Source: Candidatus Limnocylindria bacterium
GTDB lineage: Bacteria; Chloroflexota; Limnocylindria; P2-11E
Length of the DNA stretch: 64,000 bases
Direction: 5' to 3'
NCBI GenBank assembly: GCA_041486085.1
Contig: JBGPKU010000008.1
Span: forward strand, 2,806 to 66,805
Shown here: positions 12,685 to 21,198 of the stretch, piece after piece
How positions within the stretch are numbered: position 1 is the stretch's first letter
Layout: the number at the start of each line of letters is the position of its first letter
The notes under the pieces: generated by a model
Seen by the model: the letters and a program-made list of their open reading frames with translations, nothing else
Told to the model about the DNA's origin: nothing
Databases searched by the model: none
Translations under genes and position numbers: made by a program

Positions 12685-14004
12685 TCAGGTGTCGAGCTCG
12701 TGGCCGGTGACCAGCTTCTTGATCACGTGGGCCAACTTCTGGCCCTGGTACCAGTAGCTGAACGCGTTTTCCGAGATCTTCTTCTTCTGATCGTCATCGA
12801 GCGCACGGCTCTCGTCTCGCTCCAGCACCTTGTACCAAACGGTCTGCGAAGCGTCCGACTTCTGCGCGCTCACCTTGCCCGCAGCCAGCGTGAAGACATC
12901 CCGCTCGATGTCGAGCCTCGTCACCATGCCCTTCGCGAACCACCCGAGATCGCCGCCCTTGTCGGAGGTGTTCGTGTCCTCGCTGTACTTCTTCGCGATC
13001 TCCGCGAAATCGGTCCCGGCGTCGATCGCCGTCTGGATGTCGGACACCTTCTTCAGCTGATCGGTGAAGGCCTGGAAGTCTCCTCCCGTGACTTTCGGCG
13101 ATTGGACCGCGACCCACGCGAGGCGGACCTGCGGCGTCGGTGACTGCACGCTGGCGGCCTGCGCGCGCGTCTTGTACTCGTCGATGAGGATGTCGTAGCG
13201 CACGTGCTGCCTCACGTCGGCCTCGTCGTACCCGTAGCCCGCGGCACGCTTCACGAAAACGCTTTCGGCCGGCGGCCGCAGCTCGATGAGCTGGATGACG
13301 TGGTAGCCGTATTGGCTCTTCACCGGATCGGAGACCTGACCGAGCTGCATCCCGCGGATCGCGTCCTCGAACTCCTTGACGAACTGACCCTTGCCGACAA
13401 AGCCGAGGTCGCCACCGGAGTCCTTGGATCCTGGGTCGTCCGAATACTGCGCGGCGAGCGAGTTCCACAGCGTCTGATCGTTCGGCGACTGCTTCAGCTG
13501 GTCCGCGACCGCGCGCGCCTTGGCGGCGGCGGTCGCCTCGGCGGTTGATGCGGCGTCCGCGGCGTCGCCGAGTGGCTTTGGCGTGATGAGGATGTGGCGC
13601 GCGTGGTACTCGCCGAAGTCCGCGGTGTAGCGATCGTCGATCTGCTGCTTCGTGATCGAGACGCCGTCCGCGTTCGCGTTGGCGTCGAGGATGCCGTGTT
13701 GCACGAGGTCTTCCAGCGCGATCGTCTCGTACGTGGCCTTCTGCTGCAGGATCTGCTGGTCGTTCTCGTATCCGGGCGGCACGCCGTAGTCGACGTAGAA
13801 GCGGGTGTACTGATAGCCAAGCTCTCGCCGGTAGTCGCGCATCGCGAACGTTCGACCGTCGAGGGTCGCGGCTGGCTTCAGATTGTCGGTGTAGTAACGG
13901 TCGGTCGCCGCCCAGGCGAGGAGACCCATCGTGAAGAAGAGGACCGCTCCGAAGACCGTGACGATGAGCGTCTGCTGGCGGCGCTCGCGCTGCCACCGCG
14001 CCAT
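12685..14004 (-). CDS. Membrane-anchored parvulin/SurA-like peptidyl-prolyl isomerase
   Basis: TM anchor TLIVTVFGAVLFFTMGLLAWAA, then PpiC-type segments (ARHILI..., SGGDLGFVGKGQFVKEFEDA, DKGGDLGWFAKGMV). The start is placed at ATG 14004; GTG 14049 is possible. The longer listed ORF is an Arg-rich extension. Confidence 0.8.
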   Translation of the reverse strand: MARWQRERRQQTLIVTVFGAVLFFTMGLLAWAATDRYYTDNLKPAATLDGRTFAMRDYRRELGYQYTRFYVDYGVPPGYENDQQILQQKATYETIALEDLVQHGILDANANADGVSITKQQIDDRYTADFGEYHARHILITPKPLGDAADAASTAEATAAAKARAVADQLKQSPNDQTLWNSLAAQYSDDPGSKDSGGDLGFVGKGQFVKEFEDAIRGMQLGQVSDPVKSQYGYHVIQLIELRPPAESVFVKRAAGYGYDEADVRQHVRYDILIDEYKTRAQAASVQSPTPQVRLAWVAVQSPKVTGGDFQAFTDQLKKVSDIQTAIDAGTDFAEIAKKYSEDTNTSDKGGDLGWFAKGMVTRLDIERDVFTLAAGKVSAQKSDASQTVWYKVLERDESRALDDDQKKKISENAFSYWYQGQKLAHVIKKLVTGHELDT

Positions 14005-14056
14005 GCGCTGGCGCTGGGTGAGGCGCGGAAGGCTGATACGACGTGCCACGGGAACG

Positions 14057-15193
14057 TCAATGGTACCCGCGGTAGACGGCGAGGGTGTCGCGCGCGGCGC
14101 GGTCCCACGAGAATGCGGACGCGCGCGGCCGGGTGCGCGCACGCAGCTCGCGCTGCAGCGTCTCATCGTCCAGGTACGCGACGAGTGCCTCAGCGAGGGC
14201 TTCCGGACGGTCGCCCTCCACCAGCACCCCGGCATCGCCGACGACCTCCTCGACCGCTCCCGCACGCAGGCCCACGACGGGCGTCCCGGCGGCGAGGGAT
14301 TCGAGCGGTGTCAGGCCGAAGCCCTCGAGCAGCGCGGAGTGGAGCAGGCACTCGGCACCCGCGTACAGCGCGGCGAGCTCGGCGTCGCTGACGTGTCCCG
14401 CGAGGACGACCCGCTCGCGCGGCGCGTGACCGCGCTCCAGAGCGGCGTACAGGAACGATGCGAGCTTTCCGAGATCGCCCGCGATGACCAGGCGCAGATC
14501 GGGGTGACGCTCGGCCGCGAGCGCGAACGCCGACACCAGACCGTCCATGTTCTTGCGCGGATCGAACTGGCCGACGTACAGGACGTACGGCGTCGCGAAG
14601 CCGAAGCGCGCGCGCACCTGTTCGATCGCCGTGTCACGACTCGGCGGGGCGAACGACTCGTCCACCGCCTCAGGGATGACGGTCACGCGCGACTCGGGGA
14701 TGCGCAGACGTTCGATCACGTCACGCTTCGTCGCTTCCGAGACCGCGATCACCGCGTCCGCCTTCCGCGCGAGCGAGTACTCCCAGCGGTGACCGACGCG
14801 GGCGTGTGGCAGACGGAGGTAATGCTCCGGCCAGCGCAGCGGCGCGAGATCGTGGATGGTGATGACCGCGCGATGGCCGCGGATCGCCGGAAGACCAAGC
14901 TGCGTGGAGTGATAGATGTCGGGCCGGGAGAACGGCAGCTCGAGCGACAGCAGCACCGGGTCGAGTGCCAGCATCGAGAGCTCTGGCCGTCGCAGCCGCA
15001 GCGTCGCGAGATCGCGGTGCGGCGGAAGCGGCGACGGATCGGCCGCGGGGAAGTTCCGCAGGCGCAGCAGCGTCCACTCCACGTCGGCGGGCGCGAGGCG
15101 CGCGAACGCCGCGAGGAGATTTCGTGAATACCGACCGGTGCCGCGAAAGCGCGCGACCGTCTGAAGATGACGTGCATCGAAGGTGACGCGCAC
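14057..15193 (-). CDS. Glycosyltransferase family 4 (GT-B)
   Basis: C-terminal GT4 signature LLHSALLEGFGLTPLESLAAGTPVV. GTG start at 15193. Confidence 0.85.
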   Translation of the reverse strand: MRVTFDARHLQTVARFRGTGRYSRNLLAAFARLAPADVEWTLLRLRNFPAADPSPLPPHRDLATLRLRRPELSMLALDPVLLSLELPFSRPDIYHSTQLGLPAIRGHRAVITIHDLAPLRWPEHYLRLPHARVGHRWEYSLARKADAVIAVSEATKRDVIERLRIPESRVTVIPEAVDESFAPPSRDTAIEQVRARFGFATPYVLYVGQFDPRKNMDGLVSAFALAAERHPDLRLVIAGDLGKLASFLYAALERGHAPRERVVLAGHVSDAELAALYAGAECLLHSALLEGFGLTPLESLAAGTPVVGLRAGAVEEVVGDAGVLVEGDRPEALAEALVAYLDDETLQRELRARTRPRASAFSWDRAARDTLAVYRGYH

Positions 15194-15210
15194 CGACCTA
15201 AACTACCCTC

Positions 15211-15900
15211 CTGCTCGTCTCGGTCATCGTCCCCACCTACAACGAAGCGGGGTCACTCCCACTCCTGGTCGAACGTCTCGCGAAGGCACTCGCCGGCCGC
15301 GAATGGGAGCTGGTCGTTGTCGACGACGGCTCACCCGATGGCACCGCCGACCTGGCCGACGGCCTCGGCAGAACGCACCCGATCCGCGTGGTGCGGCGAG
15401 CGGGAAAGGCCGGCCTCGCTTCAGCGGTCGTGGCGGGCTTCGCCGCCGCGAGAGGCGACGTGCTGCTGGTGATGGACGCGGATCTCTCCCACCCGCCCGA
15501 GGTGGCTCCACAGCTGATCGATGCGGTCGATGGCGGCGCGGACGTGGCCATCGGCAGCCGCTACGTGCGCGGCGGCGGCACGCAGGACTGGCCGCTCCGG
15601 CGGCGCATCGTCTCACGGGTCGCCTGCCTCATGGGGCAGATCCTCGTGCCGGTGCGCGACTCGACGTCCGGATTCTTCGCGCTGCGCCGCGCGGTCATCG
15701 AGGGAGCGCGACTCAATCCGATCGGCTTCAAGATCGGCTTCGAGGTCCTGGCACGCGGCCGCTACCGGAAAGCCGTCGAGGTCCCGTACATCTTCCGCGA
15801 CCGCGAGCTCGGCAAGTCGAAGTTCGGGCAGCGCGAGATCATCGAATACATCCAGCAGCTCGGCCAGGTGGCGGGAGATCGACTCCGCGGAGGGCGCTGA
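15211..15900 (+). CDS. GT2 polyprenol-phosphate glycosyltransferase (Ppm1/DPM-synthase-like); start codon unresolved
   Basis: Frame-1 translation from 15202 reads TTLLLVSVIVPTYNEAGSLPLLVERL...WELVVVDDGSPDGTADLA...VVRRAGKAGLASAV...LLVMDADLSHPPE. The first canonical start (GTG 15388) would delete the PTYNE and DDGS motifs. CTG 15211 is taken provisionally. Confidence 0.75.
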   Translation: MLVSVIVPTYNEAGSLPLLVERLAKALAGREWELVVVDDGSPDGTADLADGLGRTHPIRVVRRAGKAGLASAVVAGFAAARGDVLLVMDADLSHPPEVAPQLIDAVDGGADVAIGSRYVRGGGTQDWPLRRRIVSRVACLMGQILVPVRDSTSGFFALRRAVIEGARLNPIGFKIGFEVLARGRYRKAVEVPYIFRDRELGKSKFGQREIIEYIQQLGQVAGDRLRGGR

Positions 15901-15954
15901 CCCTGTCCGCGCCTGTGATCCCGGTGCGCTCGTCCGCGTAGGGATGGGTGTCTG

Positions 15955-16815
15955 GTGAGCACGCAAGAGGTCGCTGCCGTCCGCGCCAGCCGCAGCGAGA
16001 TCGCACTCATCGTGGCACGCGAGAGCGCCGAGACGATCGTCGGCAGGACCGCCGGAGCATTGGTGGAGACGACGCAGCGGCTGCTCGCGCCGGCCGCGCA
16101 TCTGGTGGCGCGGCGATTCGTCGAGTACGACCGGGCGCTCGGAGAGCAGGGCACCCATCGCGGCGCCAATTGGATCGTCGAACGCGCGACCGGCGGGCTC
16201 GAGCTGACCGGCGTGGAGCACGTGCCGCCGTCCGGTCCGCTGCTCGTCGTCGCGAACCACCCCGGCCTTGCGGACGCCGTTTCGCTACTCGCGGCGCTCG
16301 GTCGAGAGGATGCCTGGGTCGTCGTCGCGGAGTTTCCGTTCCTGCGCGCGCTGCGTCGCGCGAACCAACGGTTCCTGTTCGTGCACGATCGCCGCGCGGG
16401 GCTGCGGCGCATCATCGCGCGGCTGCGCGCCGGCGAGGCGGTGCTGCTCTTCCCGGCGGGCGGACTCGAGCCGGATCCCGCGGTCGCGCCCGATGCCTCC
16501 CGCGACTCGCTCCTCTCCTGGTCGCGGAGCGTGGACCTCATCGCGCGCCGCGCCCCAGGGACTCGCGTGCTCCCGGCGCTGGTGCACGGTGCGGTCTCGC
16601 GTGCGGCGTTCGACCATCCCCTGGTGAGACTGGTGCGACGGGGCGCCCCCGCGAAGGAGCGTCAACGTCTTGCGGCGCTGCTTCAGCTCGCGCTGCGGGG
16701 ATACCAGCACGACCGTGTGAGCGTCCGCTTCGGCGCACCGATCGCGGCAGGGAGCACGCGCGACGTCCACGCGGCCGTCATCACGGCGATGCGCGACCTC
16801 TTGTCCGCCGCGTGA
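15955..16815 (+). CDS. Lysophospholipid (1-acyl-sn-glycerol-3-phosphate-type) acyltransferase
   Basis: HX4D motif as VVANHPGLADAV and an acyl-acceptor pocket motif LLFPAGGLEP. Confidence 0.8.
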   Translation: MSTQEVAAVRASRSEIALIVARESAETIVGRTAGALVETTQRLLAPAAHLVARRFVEYDRALGEQGTHRGANWIVERATGGLELTGVEHVPPSGPLLVVANHPGLADAVSLLAALGREDAWVVVAEFPFLRALRRANQRFLFVHDRRAGLRRIIARLRAGEAVLLFPAGGLEPDPAVAPDASRDSLLSWSRSVDLIARRAPGTRVLPALVHGAVSRAAFDHPLVRLVRRGAPAKERQRLAALLQLALRGYQHDRVSVRFGAPIAAGSTRDVHAAVITAMRDLLSAA

Positions 16816-16956
16816 CGAGGATCGCCGCGCTCGTCCTTTCGTGGATACCCGACCTCGCGCTCCTCGTCATCCACGAGCCGGGGGGCGAGCGTGCCGGCGG
16901 TCGGCGCGCTCCTATGCGCAGGCACGCGGTCGCCGCCGCGGTCAGCGCCTCGCGGC

Positions 16957-17367
16957 TCACTCAGGTCGGACGCGCTGAAGCTCCTGCAGGATCACCGTCT
17001 GGGCTTCATTGATCTCATGGACCTGGACGGTGAGGTGATGGACCGCCGTGAGCGTCTCATGGTCGGCCTCGGCGCGTCTGTCGTTGGCCGCCTGGATCAC
17101 GTTCTGGCCGACGATGATGATCGGCAGAAGCACGAGCTGGAGAAATGTCTGCGCGACCCACGAGACGATGACGATCACCTCTCCGGAGGCGAGCGCCGCC
17201 GGCAGCGAGATGAGCGAGATCGCCGCGAAGAGGTAGGCGATCCACATCGTGCCAACGCTCTTGGTGATGGCGAGCGCGAGCCGGGTGTTGAAGCGCCCGA
17301 TCGCACCTCCACCGTGGATCTGCGCATGGACATCCCGACTGACGACGAGACGCGGGCGATGAGCCAT
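16957..17367 (-). CDS. Small two-helix membrane protein (DUF1003-like or low-affinity iron-permease-like)
   Basis: MAHRP... has two hydrophobic helices (WIAYLFAAISLISLPAAL; FLQLVLLPIIIVGQN) followed by a charged helical tail. The family call is from memory only. Confidence 0.45.
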   Translation of the reverse strand: MAHRPRLVVSRDVHAQIHGGGAIGRFNTRLALAITKSVGTMWIAYLFAAISLISLPAALASGEVIVIVSWVAQTFLQLVLLPIIIVGQNVIQAANDRRAEADHETLTAVHHLTVQVHEINEAQTVILQELQRVRPE

Positions 17368-17464
17368 CGCGGCGTCGGTGACTTTGGTGTTCACGATCCC
17401 TCCGTGGCTGCGCCGAGCAGCCCGGCAGGACGCTAGCACTGCTCCGCGGACACCAGAGAGTGCG

Positions 17465-18625
17465 CTACCGCGTCCCCAGCTCCTCACGCAGCGACTCGAT
17501 GACCCAGCTCTGCTCCTCGTCGGTCATCGTCGCGTAGAGCGGGATGAGCATCGTCGAGCGGGTGGCCTCCTCGGTGATCGGAAGGCTCGTCTTGCCGTAC
17601 CGCGAGGTGTAGGTCTTCTCGAGGTGCGAGGCCATGACGCCGCGACGCGTGGCGATGCCGCGCCGCAGGAGGCTCGTCATCAGGTCCTCACGGTCGAGAG
17701 CACAGTCCTTTGTGAGCCGCAGGCAGTACGACTGGTACGTGTGCGATGCGTACTTCGGGACGAACGGGACTTCGATGCCCTTCACGTCGGCGAGCTCGAC
17801 GTTGTAGCGCTCGGCCTTCTTGCGGCGGATGCGCAGAAGCTCATCGAGACGGCGGAGCTGCACGAGCCCGATCGACGCCTGGATGTCGGTCATGCGGTAG
17901 TTGAAGCCGAGCTCGGGATACTCCTCGATGATCACGCGATCCGACTTGTGACGGTCCAGGTCCGAGACGCTCATGCCGTGTGCGCGCAGCTTGCGTGCGC
18001 GGTCGGCGAACGCGTCGTCGTCGGTCGTGATCATGCCGCCCTCGCCGGTCGTGATGACCTTGCGAGGGTGGAACGAGAAGACGGTCTGGTGCGCGTTCGA
18101 CCCGATCTTTCTGCCTTTGTAGTCCTCGCCGATCGCGGGCGCGGCGTCCTCGACGACGTCGATGCCGTGCTTCTTCGCGATGGCGTTGATCGCGTCCATG
18201 TCGGCCGAGAGGCCGATCTGGTCGATGGGCATAATCGCCTTGGTCTTCTTCGTGATCCGCTTCTCGGCGTCGGCCGGATCGATGTTGAAGGTCTTCGGAT
18301 CGATCTCGCAGAAGACCGCGGTGGCGCCGGTGTAGAGGATCGCGTTCGGCGACGCGATGAAGGTGAACGACGGGACGATGACCTCGTCGCCCGGACCGAT
18401 GCCCGCCGTCGCCAGCGCGAGGTGCAGACCGGTGGTGCATGACGTGGTCGCCACGCCGTGCTTCGCGCCGACGTATGCGGCGACGGCCTTCTCGAACTCG
18501 GCGACCTTCGGCCCTTGGGTCACCCACCCGCTCTTGATCGAGTCGAACGGCGCTCGCGCCTCATCCTCGCCGAGCGCTGGCTTGGTGATCGGGACGTTCA
18601 GCTTCTTCTTGGTCTCGGTCGCCAT
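17465..18625 (-). CDS. DegT/DnrJ/EryC1/StrS family PLP-dependent sugar aminotransferase
   Basis: 386 aa. The PLP-lysine region SFHPRKVITTGEGGMI and N-terminal GxxVxxFE pattern (GPKVAEFEKAVAAYVGAKH) are present. Confidence 0.9.
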   Translation of the reverse strand: MATETKKKLNVPITKPALGEDEARAPFDSIKSGWVTQGPKVAEFEKAVAAYVGAKHGVATTSCTTGLHLALATAGIGPGDEVIVPSFTFIASPNAILYTGATAVFCEIDPKTFNIDPADAEKRITKKTKAIMPIDQIGLSADMDAINAIAKKHGIDVVEDAAPAIGEDYKGRKIGSNAHQTVFSFHPRKVITTGEGGMITTDDDAFADRARKLRAHGMSVSDLDRHKSDRVIIEEYPELGFNYRMTDIQASIGLVQLRRLDELLRIRRKKAERYNVELADVKGIEVPFVPKYASHTYQSYCLRLTKDCALDREDLMTSLLRRGIATRRGVMASHLEKTYTSRYGKTSLPITEEATRSTMLIPLYATMTDEEQSWVIESLREELGTR

Positions 18626-18654
18626 GTCCTGTACCTCCGGCCGCGAAAGCGCGG

Positions 18655-19632
18655 CTAGCTCTTCATCGCGGCGCCTGTCAGCGCCTCGCGCCGCCAGGCG
18701 ATCAGCTGTCGCAGACCTTCTGCCAGGCCGGTCTTTGCCCGGAATCCGATCAGCTCCTCGGCCCGCCGCGGGTCGCCGTAGCGCCGTGCGGGCAGGGCGC
18801 TGCGGGGCTGCGGCTTGAACTCCATTCCGGCGGTACCGCCGGTGATCTCGAGCAGCAGCGCAGCGAGGTCACGCATTCGCGTCTCGACTCCGCTGCAGAC
18901 ATTCACGATAGCGTCCGTCGCCTTGGCCTCGCACGCGAGCAGGTTGGCCCGGACCACGTCGCCGACGTACACGAAATCGACCGATGCGCTGCCGTCGCCG
19001 AACAGCGACAGGGGCTTGCCCTGGTCGATCAGGTTCAACCAGCGGACCATGACCTCGACGTACTCCGAGCGCACGTCCATGCGCGGGCCGTAGACATTGA
19101 AGTAGCGAAGCGAGGTGGTCGGGAGGTCCCGCAGATGCGCGTACGCACGACCCATCTGCTCGTTGGCGATCTTCGCGGCGCCGTACACCGTCGCGCCATT
19201 CGCGGGTTGATCCTCGTCGATCGGCAGCGATCGGGGCTCTCCGTAGACGACCGCGCTCGACGCGAGGACTACGCGCTTGACCTTCGCGTCGGCGGCCGCC
19301 TCGAGCACGTTGAACGTCCCGTCGACCATGACCTCCTGGCACTCGCGGGGAAACTCCTGGCAGCGGGTCCAGCGGAGCGCGGCTTGATGGAACACGATGT
19401 CCGCGCCGTCGATGTTCGCGCGCACCGCCTCGCGGTCGCGGATATCGATCTCCACCAGGCGCGCCCTGCCGGTCGCGATCGCGGGCGCGATGTTCTCCGG
19501 GACACCACGCACCATCGCATCGAGGGCGATGACCTCGCGCGCGCCGTTCGCGATGACCGCATCGACGATGTGCGAGCCGACGTTCCCGGCGCCGCCGGTC
19601 ACGACGATCCTCGTGCCCTCGAAGGCGCTCAC
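18655..19632 (-). CDS. NAD-dependent sugar epimerase/dehydratase (extended SDR)
   Basis: GTG 19632 gives VSAFEGTRIVVTGGAGNVGSHIV (GxxGxxG) and the catalytic YGAAKIANE. The start overlaps the upstream stop as GTGA. The remainder of the 465-aa listed ORF is an Arg-rich artefact. Confidence 0.9.
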   Translation of the reverse strand: MSAFEGTRIVVTGGAGNVGSHIVDAVIANGAREVIALDAMVRGVPENIAPAIATGRARLVEIDIRDREAVRANIDGADIVFHQAALRWTRCQEFPRECQEVMVDGTFNVLEAAADAKVKRVVLASSAVVYGEPRSLPIDEDQPANGATVYGAAKIANEQMGRAYAHLRDLPTTSLRYFNVYGPRMDVRSEYVEVMVRWLNLIDQGKPLSLFGDGSASVDFVYVGDVVRANLLACEAKATDAIVNVCSGVETRMRDLAALLLEITGGTAGMEFKPQPRSALPARRYGDPRRAEELIGFRAKTGLAEGLRQLIAWRREALTGAAMKS

Positions 19633-19892
19633 TTCTCTCGCACTGCGTAGCCGTTGTAGTGACCGCCGACCGCGAGCGCGATCTCGCGCATGGCCTCCTG
19701 TGTGGCGACCTCGCGCTCCTTCTCGGCGACCTCGTCGTGCGTCGCGACGAGCAGCCAGTCGTCGCCGTCGGAAGACGGACCGGCCTCGGAGCGGAAACCG
19801 GCTCGGGCAAGCGCCTTGCCCGCGCGCTCGGCGGCTTCGCGATCCGGCACGTAGAGGAAGTGGCTGGTGGCGCGAGTCCTGGTGGAGCCCAC
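19629..19892 (-). CDS. Small acidic protein, RraB-like (regulator of ribonuclease activity B fold?)
   Basis: 87 aa with HFLYVPDREAAERAGKALARAGF...DDWLLVATHDEV...IALAVGGHYNGYAV. The pattern resembles the RraB family from memory. It is coupled to the SDR gene. Confidence 0.5.
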   Translation of the reverse strand: MGSTRTRATSHFLYVPDREAAERAGKALARAGFRSEAGPSSDGDDWLLVATHDEVAEKEREVATQEAMREIALAVGGHYNGYAVREK

Positions 19893-19990
19893 AGTCAGGA
19901 GCAGCGTAGCGGGACGAGGGTGCTCGATTGCGGGCGAGCGTCCCCACAGGCATCCTGCGCCACGAGCTCAGTACCGACGACGAGGCCGTC

Positions 19991-20509
19991 CTATCGGGTT
20001 TCGGCCGCGAGCAGTTGCGCATAGCGGCTCGCCATCGTCTTTGTCGTCCCACGACCGCTTGCGAAGATCTCGTGAAGGGCAGCCTCCGACGCGTTGGCGC
20101 TCAGCCACGGCAGGGCATGGCGCACGAGCGCCGTACTGATCTCTTCGCGCAGCGCTCCCATGTTCGTACCTACGTCGATCTGCCACCAGTAGTCCTTGCC
20201 GATATCGGGGATCAGGTGTCCGAGGCGCCGGCGGAGGTGGCAATCCATTTCAGCTGGCGATCGCGTCGATCCGGGAACTGTCGCTCTCAGAATGCGCTTC
20301 GACGCCACTGAGACGTTGATCGTGAATTGGATGCGGTCACGTGAGTTCGATCTGCTGTTCTGCACCTGAATGATCTGCCAGCACTCTGCCGTCTCCAGCG
20401 CCCAGGTCGAGCCGCGCCTGCGGAAGCCCGCGTCATGAAGGACCGCGCTCGTGAGGTCGCTCAGCAGTCGCGCATGGCGCTCTTGCGGCACAGACCCCTC
20501 GCCGCTCAC
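19991..20509 (-). CDS. DUF4304-like protein
   Basis: GTG 20509 overlaps the upstream stop (GTGA). The translation LLSDLTSAVLHDAGFRRRGSTWALETAECWQIIQVQNSRSNSRDRIQFTINV resembles DUF4304 from memory. Confidence 0.5.
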   Translation of the reverse strand: MSGEGSVPQERHARLLSDLTSAVLHDAGFRRRGSTWALETAECWQIIQVQNSRSNSRDRIQFTINVSVASKRILRATVPGSTRSPAEMDCHLRRRLGHLIPDIGKDYWWQIDVGTNMGALREEISTALVRHALPWLSANASEAALHEIFASGRGTTKTMASRYAQLLAAETR

Positions 20510-21198
20510 GGCGACGTACGGTAACGGAGCAGCTTGGCTGGCACGCCAGCGTAGACCGCGTACGGCGGTACCTGCGTATCTCGCGGCACGACGGCCCCCG
20601 CACCGATGATCGCGCCCTCGCCGATCGTGACGCCCGGTAACAGCACCGCATTGACCCCGATGTCGGCGCCATCGCCGACTCGCACCGGCTTGATCACGAG
20701 GTCGGTCTGGATGATCGGCACGGTGTGCGGCTCGCCGGTGTGCTCGCTCCCCAGCACCTTGGCACCCGGACCCCAGCCGACGTACTCGCCGAATTCCATA
20801 TCGCGGCAATCGAAGTACGACTGCGGGCCTATCCAGGTGTGCGCGCCGATGACACAGCGGCCGTCGTGGCGGCCCTGCAGGAACGTCTGGTTGCCGACGA
20901 AGACGGCATCGCCGATCTCGAGGGTCTGCGGATGCAGCACGAGCACGCCCATGCCGATCTTCACGCCGTTCCCGAGGCTCTTGCAGATCGCGCGAAGGAT
21001 CACGCGGCGCGCGCGCTGTCCCTTCGCCCCCTCGATCCAGAGCGACGCGGCGTAGCGCTCGAGGATCGCGTCGCGCTCGAGCGTCTTGCGAAGCTCGTTC
21101 GATTCCGCGATCTCATCGGGCGGATCGGCCGCGACCAATTCGAGGCCATGCACCGCTTTCACGGTCCGCTCCGATGAGCTCTCGGTCTGCGGCGTCAC
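20506..21198 (-). CDS. Left-handed beta-helix (hexapeptide-repeat) acyltransferase
   Basis: 230 aa with repeated [LIV]-G-x4 hexapeptides (IGDAVFVGNQT..., IGAHTWIGPQS..., VGDGADIGVNAVLLPGVTIGEGAIIGAGAVV). Confidence 0.8.
   Translation of the reverse strand: MTPQTESSSERTVKAVHGLELVAADPPDEIAESNELRKTLERDAILERYAASLWIEGAKGQRARRVILRAICKSLGNGVKIGMGVLVLHPQTLEIGDAVFVGNQTFLQGRHDGRCVIGAHTWIGPQSYFDCRDMEFGEYVGWGPGAKVLGSEHTGEPHTVPIIQTDLVIKPVRVGDGADIGVNAVLLPGVTIGEGAIIGAGAVVPRDTQVPPYAVYAGVPAKLLRYRTSP

Noticed and set aside
18655-20052. The 465-aa ORF as listed, and similarly the extended or fused forms at 35329-37530 (733 aa), 40852-42492 (546 aa), 22837-24048 (403 aa), 22325-23188, 19991-20809, 12685-14265 and 45567-46610.
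   Set aside because: In each case the N-terminal part is Arg/Pro/Gly-rich and overlaps the 3' end of the upstream real gene in another frame. The recognisable domain begins at an internal ATG or GTG that overlaps the upstream stop (ATGA or GTGA). The shorter forms were annotated instead.
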